The position numbers and the translations under genes are program-made. Shown here piece by piece: positions 47,958 through 55,928 of a stretch of 64,000 nt of DNA; position 1 is the stretch's first letter, and the number at the start of each line of letters is the position of its first letter. This DNA is from a virus: IMG/VR virus record IMGVR_UViG_3300017917_004222, positions 83,840 through 147,839 of that record; one strand, 5' to 3'. Below the pieces are notes generated by a model. It worked only from the letters and a program-made list of their open reading frames with translations, ran no database searches and was not told where the DNA came from.

Positions 47958-48591
47958 TGTGGTATGTGTGCTTAGGTCAGGAGGCAAGGTAGGCTACTGT
48001 GCCGACTGGGTTCATCGCCTGCAACGAGCAGTTGACCGTAATCTCACGCTGCCGCACAGATTTGTATGCCTTACTGATACTCCAGTTGAATGTGAGTCAA
48101 TACCACTTGCACATGATCACGAGGGTTTTTGGAGCAAACTGGAACTGTTTCGTCCCGGGCTGTTCGCTGGCCCAACCCTGTACATTGACCTAGACACTGT
48201 GATATGCAACAACATCAACGATGTGGTGCATCGGGCCAGCGGCCACGAATTTGTGATGTGGATGGAACCTGACAAAGGCATACACTCCAGTGCACTCATG
48301 TATTGGCAAGGCGATCAGAGTCGCATCTGGGACGTGTATTGCAGTAAACCGTTTGAGTATTGGAAAAGCCTATACGCATCACCGCCGCTGTATGGGGATC
48401 AAGCAGTGGTCAGCGAGCATGTGTCGCATGTGGTGTTTCAGGACATTTGTCCCCCTGAGTGGTTCCACATAGCATCCAAACACGACCATGACATGGATTT
48501 GTCAAACATTCGCATGTTGATGTTCAGGAAAACAAAACAAAAACCATCAACCATGCAGCACCATGCTCTAGTACAACAACATTGGATCTAA
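47950..48591 (+). CDS. GT-A glycosyltransferase (GT8-like)
   Basis: 'FVCLTD', 'WSKLELF', 'YIDLDTVI', 'SSALM', 'GDQ'. Confidence 0.8.
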   Translation: MLDVVCVLRSGGKVGYCADWVHRLQRAVDRNLTLPHRFVCLTDTPVECESIPLAHDHEGFWSKLELFRPGLFAGPTLYIDLDTVICNNINDVVHRASGHEFVMWMEPDKGIHSSALMYWQGDQSRIWDVYCSKPFEYWKSLYASPPLYGDQAVVSEHVSHVVFQDICPPEWFHIASKHDHDMDLSNIRMLMFRKTKQKPSTMQHHALVQQHWI

Positions 48592-48592
48592 C

Positions 48593-49348
48593 ATGAAAGC
48601 ATTTGTAATCTATTTGCCCAGCCGTGAGCACAGTGTAAATCATGCCACAGGCATGATCGAAACCCTGACTTCGTATGGAATTGACGCCGAGCTGTTTGAA
48701 GGCACACCGGGAGACCGGGCAGTGGAACTGGCACAGCGAGCCAAGAAAACACTGTACCCTTACAGCATCAAGAATCGTGTGCTGGATGCACAGGATGTGC
48801 AGAACCTCATACGGCCTGAGTTGTATGACGATTTTGTCAAACGCCACCGATTTGAAATCATTGAACGGCAGTTGATTGGTGAAAAAGACATAGGCAAACT
48901 CAGTCGCCCGGGAGTAATTGGCTGCTTCTACAGCCACTATGCGCTGTGGCAACGCTGTGTTGATCTTGGCGAGCCCATCATGATTTTCGAAGACGATGTC
49001 AAGTTCTATCGTGGCTGGCATCCAGTGGAGTTTGAGGGCGTGTTGATACTGAGCCTGGGCAAGAGCAGTTTCATGAGTGATCCTCAAAAAACCTATCTTG
49101 AAAACCCCACTGGAGTGCCCATGGCACGACGGTGGCAGAACTTTAGCATGCCTGGCGCCAGCGGTTATGCCATCAAACCAGACGCTGCCCTGGCTCTGAC
49201 CAAATTTTATCGACCCTATTGGTATCCCGCTGACAACGCAATCAATCAGTTTGTTTGCCCAATTGAAATCAGCACCTATATCATGGGACGCAACACCTTG
49301 CCAGAAGAAGGCAATGTGTCAATGACCAAAGCCAAAGATTGGATTTGA
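48593..49348 (+). CDS. Glycosyltransferase family 25
   Basis: 'AFVIYL', 'GCFYSHYALW', 'IFEDD', 'GYAIKP..A'. Confidence 0.85.
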   Translation: MKAFVIYLPSREHSVNHATGMIETLTSYGIDAELFEGTPGDRAVELAQRAKKTLYPYSIKNRVLDAQDVQNLIRPELYDDFVKRHRFEIIERQLIGEKDIGKLSRPGVIGCFYSHYALWQRCVDLGEPIMIFEDDVKFYRGWHPVEFEGVLILSLGKSSFMSDPQKTYLENPTGVPMARRWQNFSMPGASGYAIKPDAALALTKFYRPYWYPADNAINQFVCPIEISTYIMGRNTLPEEGNVSMTKAKDWI

Positions 49349-49349
49349 A

Positions 49350-50261
49350 ATGAAAGTCGGGATATTCTATAACTCCATATCCAACCCTGCCAAGTTCAGC
49401 AACAAAGTGATGTTGATGAACAACTTTGCGGCAGGGGTGCGAGCACACGGAGATCAAGTGATTGAGTATCACAGCAACGTGCTGCCTGATCAACCGCTTG
49501 ACGCAGGGTTTGTGCTGGGCTATACTCTGGAAGACAACTTCCGCCGCAAGATCATTGACCAGCTGCGGGCACGAAACACACCAGCGGTGTTTGTGGACAG
49601 CAACATCCTGCACTATTCGCGCCCCGAACATGAGTGGCATCGCTACAGCATTGGCTCAGTGTATCCCGACTCGGGCACATACTTTTTCAGTGATCCCGAC
49701 CCTGATCGCTGGCAGCAATACAGCAGTTGGCATGGTGTGGAGTTGAAACCCTGGCGCACACAAGGCAGGCATGTGCTGGTGCTGGCTCAGCGTCCCAAGG
49801 GCTTCAACATGTTTACAGATCAAGACACCTGGCTGGAGCAAGCGATCAACAGCATTCGTGCTCACACAGACCGACCCGTTGTGCTGCGCATGCATCCAGG
49901 TGATGGTGCTCGGGACAAACAGATTGACAAGATTCGCAAACGCTACGGCAGTGGGGTTGCCATTGATCAAAACACCATCATTCGTGATGCCTTGGTTGAT
50001 TGCTGGTGCACTGTGGGCTACAACTCCACCCCCAACGTGGTTGCACGAATTGAAGGCATACCGGGCTACGTGCAGGATCCAGTGCACAGCTGGGCAGCTG
50101 ATGTCAGTTTTGGCGATTTGTCACAGCTGGAAACACCGCCCTTGCCTGATCGCAGTGAGTGGATTCACCGCATTGCCAACATCCACTGGAGCAACCAACA
50201 GGTGACATCAGGACAGTTGTGGGCAGCCATCAAGCAGCATATTTCTGTTGCTCGCGGATAA
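49350..50261 (+). CDS. KpsC/KpsS-like (GT-B) glycosyltransferase
   Basis: 'VLVLAQ', 'TDRPVVLRMHP', 'VGYNSTP.V.A.IEGIP'. Confidence 0.6.
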   Translation: MKVGIFYNSISNPAKFSNKVMLMNNFAAGVRAHGDQVIEYHSNVLPDQPLDAGFVLGYTLEDNFRRKIIDQLRARNTPAVFVDSNILHYSRPEHEWHRYSIGSVYPDSGTYFFSDPDPDRWQQYSSWHGVELKPWRTQGRHVLVLAQRPKGFNMFTDQDTWLEQAINSIRAHTDRPVVLRMHPGDGARDKQIDKIRKRYGSGVAIDQNTIIRDALVDCWCTVGYNSTPNVVARIEGIPGYVQDPVHSWAADVSFGDLSQLETPPLPDRSEWIHRIANIHWSNQQVTSGQLWAAIKQHISVARG

Positions 50262-51027
50262 AGATTTCCAGTTCCTTGCGTTGGCCTTTGGCAGTCCACA
50301 CAGCACTGTCGGGTCGCATTTCCCAATCAATCCATGACATGGGCAGTTGTGCCACACGGTAGTGTGGCACCACATGTTCCAGCACGTCTTGATCCAGCCC
50401 CCAATACAAGCGGTCGTTGGCCAATTTGAGCTCTAGCTCATGTGCATACTGTGTGATGAATTGGTATGCGGAGTCAGTTCCTGGTAGGTAGATGCCGCCT
50501 GCAAGGTATCTGGCTCGACGGCCTGAAATGTAGTGGATGTAGAAGTCTGGACCTGGCGGCAACGGCTGCAACTGGGATCGAACCACAGCATCCGAATCAA
50601 TGGCCAACACCTGGTGGTTGGGTTGCATGCATTGTTGCAGGCGAATGAATCGGGCACAAGCATAGTAGGTCTTTTGCAGTCGCTCCAGTAGACTTTGATC
50701 GTGACCTTTTTGCATGGCTGTGTGAGTGCGCCGCAGCTGATCTGCCTGCACCGGGTCTAGGTCACTCTGTTGCCAATACTGGGCAGCAGCAGCAAATGCC
50801 ATTGGATCCACATGTTCATACGTGAGCGACACCTGCGGTTGCGATTCGCACCAGCACACCTGTTCGGCTGTGGGATTGTAAAGGTGCAGGTGTATGCCCA
50901 TTGTGGTATTGCGCTGAATGCTACGCACAATGATGCGGCCAAATTCTTCAAAGTAGTGAGTGTCGCAAGCGGTGTAGACGAACATGCCTGACTGTTCGAT
51001 TTTTCCGTGTAGGGGTGGGAGTTGCAT
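50230..51027 (-). CDS. Nucleotide-diphospho-sugar transferase-like protein
   Basis: 'ACDTHY', 'ARF', DxD 'IDSDAVV', 'WGLDQDVL'. ATG 51027 is preceded by TAAATA. Confidence 0.6.
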   Translation of the reverse strand: MQLPPLHGKIEQSGMFVYTACDTHYFEEFGRIIVRSIQRNTTMGIHLHLYNPTAEQVCWCESQPQVSLTYEHVDPMAFAAAAQYWQQSDLDPVQADQLRRTHTAMQKGHDQSLLERLQKTYYACARFIRLQQCMQPNHQVLAIDSDAVVRSQLQPLPPGPDFYIHYISGRRARYLAGGIYLPGTDSAYQFITQYAHELELKLANDRLYWGLDQDVLEHVVPHYRVAQLPMSWIDWEMRPDSAVWTAKGQRKELEIFIREQQKYAA

Positions 51028-51030
51028 GGT

Positions 51031-51040
51031 TAAATATTTA
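51031..51040. promoter_or_regulatory. Palindromic bidirectional late promoter TAAATATTTA
   Basis: Self-complementary 10-mer between divergent starts (ATG 51027 on minus, GTG 51041 on plus). Confidence 0.6.
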
Positions 51041-51883
51041 GTGATCACCAGCGCCAGTATTTTTCCTTCCCAATGTGCTTTGAATTCAGCCCCAGTCATG
51101 GCAGCCATGATGTCGGCTTTGAGCCATCGTGGCATCCAGACTCCAGTCAACAGCATGACAGCAGATGCAGCCATCATCTGGAGCGTGTTGTGGTCAGGTC
51201 GTATGGCCGCCAATCGCCAAGTGTACCAGCACTATCGCAGTCAAGGCCGGCCAGTGATCATAGTGGAAGTGGGCGCACTACAGCGTGGCCACACCTGGCG
51301 AGTGAGTGTGAATCATGTGACCGCACAGGGCTATTATGGGCACAAGGATCTCTTAGATTGGGATCGCCCCAAGCGTCTAGGCCTTGCGCTGCAACCGGTT
51401 GTGAATCGAAGCAGGCACATCACAGTGGCCCTGCAACATCCTCGCAGTCTGCAGGTGGAACACATACACAATTGGAATCAATGGATTCACAACACCGTAG
51501 ACAGCATACGTGCTCACACAGATCGACCCATTGTGCTGCGACCGCACCCGCGTGGGCGCGTGGCCATGCCCGAAATTGCAGGAGTCACAGTGAGCCACCC
51601 TCAACAGCTATTGGGCACCTACGACAGTTATGACTTTGACTTCAACTGTCATGCAGTGGTTAATGTCAATTCGGGCCCGGGTGTGCAGGCAGCCATTGCT
51701 GGTGTGCGACCCATTGTGGAATCTTCGAGCCTGGCTCATCCTGTTGCAATAGGTTTTGATCAAATCGAGAAACCCTATGAGGTTGACCGCGACCTGTGGT
51801 TTACTCAAATCTGTCACACTGAATACACTGTGCCGGAATTGCAACAAGGTGTGTGGCTGGATCGTTTGGAGGCAGTGCTGTGA
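51041..51883 (+). CDS. KpsC/KpsS-like (GT-B) glycosyltransferase, paralogue of 49350
   Basis: 'ITVALQ', 'TDRPIVLRPHP', 'VNVNSGPGVQAAIAGV'. Start is GTG 51041 or ATG 51026. Confidence 0.6.
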   Translation: MITSASIFPSQCALNSAPVMAAMMSALSHRGIQTPVNSMTADAAIIWSVLWSGRMAANRQVYQHYRSQGRPVIIVEVGALQRGHTWRVSVNHVTAQGYYGHKDLLDWDRPKRLGLALQPVVNRSRHITVALQHPRSLQVEHIHNWNQWIHNTVDSIRAHTDRPIVLRPHPRGRVAMPEIAGVTVSHPQQLLGTYDSYDFDFNCHAVVNVNSGPGVQAAIAGVRPIVESSSLAHPVAIGFDQIEKPYEVDRDLWFTQICHTEYTVPELQQGVWLDRLEAVL

Positions 51884-52587
51884 TTGATTGTGCATGTGTG
51901 ATACACGGTACAGCCTATGATTGGATCTACGTAGAACGGTTGTACAACATGTTGCAAAAACATGTGCCCCAAGGAGCAAGATTGCATGTGTATACCGAAG
52001 CTGATCGCCAGGTTCCGTCGCACATGATCAAGCACGAACTACAGCAGTGGCCTGGTGTTGCTGGGCCCAAAAAGTCCTGGTGGTACAAAATGCAGTTGTT
52101 CAACCCCGAACATCACACAGGAGACTTGTTCTATATTGACCTAGACACTGTGATTGTGGATGACCTGGGATGGATTTTCAACCACTCCACCCAGTACTTT
52201 TGGACCATTAGGGATTTTAGATACCTGCAGCACAGCACAATCAGCACCATGAACTCCAGTGTGATGTGGTTCAATGTAGATGCCATGTCATGGGTGTACC
52301 ACAAGTTTTCTCAAGAGCATCTGCCCACCATAATGCGAACGTATCACGGAGATCAGGATTACATTGAGGCAGTGGTGCCACACCAGCAACGCAGGTTTCT
52401 AGACATCTCAAAGTTCGCAAGTTTCAGATGGCAGGCATATCAAGGCGGCATGAATTGGCAAACACGCCGTCCACATGACACACAGGCCAACACCAACATT
52501 CCTCCAGGTACCAGTGTGCTGGTGTTTCATGGGCACCCCAAGCCGCACGAAGTCAACTGCCCATTGGTAAAACAGTTGTGGCAGTAA
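51880..52587 (+). CDS. GT-A glycosyltransferase (GT8-like), paralogue of 47950
   Basis: 'WWYKMQLF', 'YIDLDTVI', 'NSSVM', 'GDQDYI', 'VFHGHPKP'. Confidence 0.8.
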   Translation: MIDCACVIHGTAYDWIYVERLYNMLQKHVPQGARLHVYTEADRQVPSHMIKHELQQWPGVAGPKKSWWYKMQLFNPEHHTGDLFYIDLDTVIVDDLGWIFNHSTQYFWTIRDFRYLQHSTISTMNSSVMWFNVDAMSWVYHKFSQEHLPTIMRTYHGDQDYIEAVVPHQQRRFLDISKFASFRWQAYQGGMNWQTRRPHDTQANTNIPPGTSVLVFHGHPKPHEVNCPLVKQLWQ

Positions 52588-52610
52588 CACTCAAGTACTA
52601 ATTTCTAAAT

Positions 52611-52639
52611 TTGCTCAAAATGACGCCTGGTGTTATACT
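52611..52639 (+). promoter_or_regulatory. sigma70-type early promoter
   Basis: TTGCTC-17 nt-TATACT with TGn extension. Confidence 0.7.
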
Positions 52640-52669
52640 GTGTGAACAGTAACACATAGGAGCCACAAC

Positions 52670-52804
52670 ATGCCTGCAACTGACATCAAACAGCGAATTC
52701 TGGAACTGTATCGTGGTGGGGCCGAGGACTCGGAAATTGCCGAACAACTTGGCATCGACGAGAGCTTTGTGTCCAACGTGATCGACGCTTTTGAGGAGGC
52801 TTGA
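52670..52804 (+). CDS. Small helix-turn-helix-like protein (44 aa), not in the ORF track
   Basis: MPATDIKQRILELYRGGAEDSEIAEQLGIDESFVSNVIDAFEEA; AGGAG RBS. Confidence 0.65.
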   Translation: MPATDIKQRILELYRGGAEDSEIAEQLGIDESFVSNVIDAFEEA

Positions 52805-52805
52805 A

Positions 52806-52976
52806 ATGTTGTTTACCGCTTACTACATCTTGACCGCATTGTTCACAGCATTCATCAGCTTTGCTTGGAGCGGTCGATTTGGGGTCAACCTCCTGATCAA
52901 ACTCACCGCGTTCGCACTGTGCATCTCCAGCATTCTCATGCTGTTGCGCGAACAAGGCTTCTTGGTCCAGATTTGA
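52806..52976 (+). CDS. Small membrane protein with two hydrophobic helices
   Basis: GAGGAGG RBS; 56 aa. Confidence 0.6.
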   Translation: MLFTAYYILTALFTAFISFAWSGRFGVNLLIKLTAFALCISSILMLLREQGFLVQI

Positions 52977-53001
52977 CCGAAATTCACCCCTGTGCTATAA
53001 T
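52973..53001 (+). promoter_or_regulatory. sigma70-type early promoter
   Basis: TTGACC-17 nt-TATAAT; the -35 overlaps the previous gene's TGA. Confidence 0.8.
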
Positions 53002-53033
53002 ATCAACATAGCGTAACAAAACAGGAGTTGACG

Positions 53034-53255
53034 ATGGGCTGGATCAAAGACAACAACCAAGTTCGTGCACTGTATCTGGGTCGTGTGGAAGTGCAGGGCC
53101 GGGTGACCGAAAGCCGTGTGCGTTACGGTGGCAAGGTGTGCTACACCCTGCAGCTGAACTCTCCGGTGATGTTGCCCTGGCGCAGTGAGCCCACCGACGT
53201 GGTCATCGTTGACGAACAAGAAATCCTGGAAGAAACGGTTGTGGCAATTGCTTGA
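53034..53255 (+). CDS. Hypothetical early protein
   Basis: AGGAG RBS; 73 aa. Confidence 0.65.
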   Translation: MGWIKDNNQVRALYLGRVEVQGRVTESRVRYGGKVCYTLQLNSPVMLPWRSEPTDVVIVDEQEILEETVVAIA

Positions 53256-53280
53256 CCGAAATTCGTGCTTCTGCTATAAT
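53252..53280 (+). promoter_or_regulatory. sigma70-type early promoter
   Basis: TTGACC-17 nt-TATAAT; the -35 overlaps the previous gene's TGA. Confidence 0.8.
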
Positions 53281-53322
53281 AACAACATAACGTAAACGAT
53301 CAACCGCACAACTGGAGCCAAC

Positions 53323-54354
53323 ATGAGTGCTAACACTGTTCGAATCATTTCCGGCAAATACCGTGGCTATGTCATCGAGAACACAGAGTTTGAGCTGGTG
53401 GCTGAACTGACCACGGGCGCTCGTGGTTCTTATGTGACCGTGAAAAACAACGGTGCCTTCCCCAAATTTGGCGATACGATTCGCATCACTGTTGACGGTC
53501 CCGAGCAGGTGCTGTATAATCAGCCCATGACTGACACTGTTGACACTGCCCCTGCTCGTGCCGCTGCACCTGCAGAAACTGAAGAACAAGCCATCGAGCG
53601 CATTCGTGAGCGCTTTGAGATCCTGACTGAAATGAGTCGTGCCTGCGTGAGCGGCGACATCCGTGCCATGATTGTGAGTGGCCCTCCTGGCGTGGGCAAG
53701 AGCTTTGGCGTGGAGCAAGAGATCGAAAAGGCCACCATGTTTGACAAGATCGCTGGCAAACGCCTGCGAGCCGAAGTGGTCAAAGGTTCGGCCACTCCCA
53801 TTGGTCTGTACCAAACTCTCTACAAATACTCGGACCCCAACTGTGTGGTGGTGTTTGACGACTGCGATAGCATCCTGCTGGACGATGTCAGCTTGAACCT
53901 GTTGAAGGGTGCCCTGGACTCGGGCAAGAAGCGCAAGATTTCCTGGTTGAGCGAAAGCCGTGTGCTGCGTCAAGAAGGCATTCCTGACAGCTTTGAATTC
54001 AAAGGCAGTGCCATCTTCATCACCAACCTCAAGTTTGACAAGATGAAGAGCCAGAAACTGCGTGATCACTTGGACGCACTGCAGAGTCGCTGCCACTACT
54101 TGGACCTGACCCTGGACAGCATGCGTGACAAGATCCTGCGCATCAAGCAAATTGCCAAAGATGGCGTGCTGTTCGCAGACTACGATTTTGATCAGGCAGC
54201 CCAAGACGAGATCATTGACTTCATGGACGCCAACAAGCATCGCCTGCGTGAAATGAGCCTGCGCATGGCGCTGAAGATTGCAGACCTCCGCAAGTTGAGT
54301 GCCACTACTTGGAAGCGCTTGGCCGAAACCACTTGCATGCGAACCCCCGACTGA
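53323..54354 (+). CDS. AAA+/P-loop ATPase
   Basis: Walker A 'GPPGVGKS', Walker B 'VVVFDDCD', sensor 'IFITN', Arg finger 'ALQSRC'. Confidence 0.9.
   Translation: MSANTVRIISGKYRGYVIENTEFELVAELTTGARGSYVTVKNNGAFPKFGDTIRITVDGPEQVLYNQPMTDTVDTAPARAAAPAETEEQAIERIRERFEILTEMSRACVSGDIRAMIVSGPPGVGKSFGVEQEIEKATMFDKIAGKRLRAEVVKGSATPIGLYQTLYKYSDPNCVVVFDDCDSILLDDVSLNLLKGALDSGKKRKISWLSESRVLRQEGIPDSFEFKGSAIFITNLKFDKMKSQKLRDHLDALQSRCHYLDLTLDSMRDKILRIKQIAKDGVLFADYDFDQAAQDEIIDFMDANKHRLREMSLRMALKIADLRKLSATTWKRLAETTCMRTPD
53492..53520 (+). promoter_or_regulatory. Intragenic sigma70-type promoter
   Basis: TTGACG-17 nt-TATAAT, with an in-frame ATG at 53527. Confidence 0.55.
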
Positions 54355-54365
54355 AAGGAACCGAC

Positions 54366-54476
54366 ATGTACGAAATCTGGGATGGTGATTTGATGCTGTA
54401 CGCTACCGACAGCCAGTATGAGGCCGACGAGGCCGACGAGGCTGGTTTCACTGTACGGGTGCGCGATGACCGCTAA
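54366..54476 (+). CDS. Small acidic protein (36 aa, MYEIWDGDLMLY...), not in the ORF track
   Basis: AAGGA RBS, ATG 54366, TAA 54474-54476. Confidence 0.55.
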   Translation: MYEIWDGDLMLYATDSQYEADEADEAGFTVRVRDDR

Positions 54477-54843
54477 CACCAAGGCCCCGGTGTTCACCGA
54501 TGTTGCCGAGGTTGTCGCCAAGCGCACCCGGGCCCGAACAGTCAAGGAAGAAAAGCTGGTGTTCCGGCCTGAGCTGCCCGGTTACCGAGCCGAGGTTGAA
54601 CTGCAGTTGGTAGGCGGGCTTGTGATGGAAATGATCGCAGCATTGGCTGAAGTCAGTCCTGACCATGCACTGCTGAAACACCCAGTGGTGCGGGGCATTC
54701 AGAAACGTGCAGAGGATCATGCAGAGAAGCAACGCCAGGCTCGAATAGCCGACCTGGCCCGACGTGAAAAACGCAAACAGGACCGCGCCGCTGCGCTGGC
54801 CAAACTGACTCCAGAAGAACGCAAAGTGTTTGGATTTGAATAA
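54466..54843 (+). CDS. Hypothetical protein
   Basis: C-terminal 'AALAKLTPEERKVFG' motif, common in phage small proteins. Confidence 0.6.
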   Translation: MTANTKAPVFTDVAEVVAKRTRARTVKEEKLVFRPELPGYRAEVELQLVGGLVMEMIAALAEVSPDHALLKHPVVRGIQKRAEDHAEKQRQARIADLARREKRKQDRAAALAKLTPEERKVFGFE

Positions 54844-54844
54844 C

Positions 54845-55165
54845 ATGGAACGAGATCAACTGCTGGAATTGATGACTCAGCGAGTGAGTCGGGTGCGTCT
54901 CAATCAGGGTCGCTACGCCATCATGGCCATGCTGGAACTGGAACGCAACGGCATGGCAGACTTTGTGTTGTTGCGCAACGATGATCTGCGCAACTGGTGG
55001 CTCCAGCTGATGGCAGACTTCGAAAAGAACTGGCAGCGATACCTGCAGGAACAGTCAGAGTTTCACATCCGCCTGGCAGTGTGGAAGAGATTGAGCATTG
55101 GCGAGCGCAGAGTGTTGAACATTACCAAGCCCCGCGAACCGACAGAACCCGACTTGGTCCCGTAA
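54845..55165 (+). CDS. Hypothetical protein
   Basis: Coupled to the previous gene; related 'WKRLSIGERRVL' motif. Confidence 0.55.
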   Translation: MERDQLLELMTQRVSRVRLNQGRYAIMAMLELERNGMADFVLLRNDDLRNWWLQLMADFEKNWQRYLQEQSEFHIRLAVWKRLSIGERRVLNITKPREPTEPDLVP

Positions 55166-55222
55166 GCTTCTTGATCAAACAGTTTTCCTGAGCATCACGG
55201 TTGGCTCCGGCTCAGGCTTTAC

Positions 55223-55249
55223 AGTAGGCGCTTCGGTGCCTACTTTTTT
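55223..55249 (+). terminator. Rho-independent terminator with cUUCGg loop
   Basis: agtaggcg-cttcgg-tgcctact followed by a T run. Confidence 0.85.
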
Positions 55250-55254
55250 GGCCG

Positions 55255-55878
55255 TTACTTGTCCCGTCTTCTTGCTTCGCTAATCTTCAGTTTGGTTTCG
55301 GGCGACAGTTTCGACCCTAATCTTGCAGCCCTTATTTTTTCGCCAAATCCCTCGGGCTTGGGTTTCCTCATCCGGTGTTTAGTTTCTTCAGACTTTGGTC
55401 TGCCTTTACCTGCCTTGCTGATTTTAAGCTTCTGATCCTCGCTGAGTGGCTTGCCCTTTTTAGCTTCGCTTATTTTTCGCTTTGTCTCTTCACTCATCGG
55501 TCCTCGTTTCTTCCCCAAGTTATACGTATTCCCTCTGAGAAAATCAGACCTTGCAGCAGAAACTAAGCGTCTTACAGTTTCGTATTGCCTTCCTGATATT
55601 TCTCTTTCCTGGTTGCTACTGGAACGCCTAAACGAGTTGAATGCAAAGCACATCTTGTAATAAGATTGCCCTGAAGTCATCTTGGTTAGTAAATAATGAC
55701 AAAGAAAGTGTTCCTTCGCAGTTAACCTGACCAAGTTTTCTTTTGAGTCTGATCCGCCAAGGCTCTTAGGAACAATGTGGTGGTTTTCTGTGTAGGCATC
55801 AGAAACAGTCCGTTGTCTTGCATTTGAGACAATGTTCATGTACCATCTCGTATACTTGTTTTCAATAAACGTTGACAT
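55255..55878 (-). mobile_element. HNH homing endonuclease with NUMOD3 repeats
   Basis: 'ENHHIVPKSLGGSD..LTAKEHFLCHYLL' and repeated 'SEETKRKISEA'. Confidence 0.85.
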
Positions 55879-55900
55879 TTGTGTATGCTTTCTTTATACT
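55872..55900 (+). promoter_or_regulatory. sigma70-type promoter for uvsW, overlapping the HNH start codon and its late promoter
   Basis: TTGACA-17 nt-TATACT; minus-strand TAAATA at 55900-55905. Confidence 0.7.
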
Positions 55901-55928
55901 ATTTAGTCAAGTTAGAAAAAAGTAACCT

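Noticed and set aside
18325-51213. ORF-track N-terminal extensions (18325, 19738, 21897, 34141, 45222, 47358, 47788, 50984, 51213)
   Set aside because: They overlap upstream genes or promoters; downstream starts have a better RBS, promoter or translational coupling.
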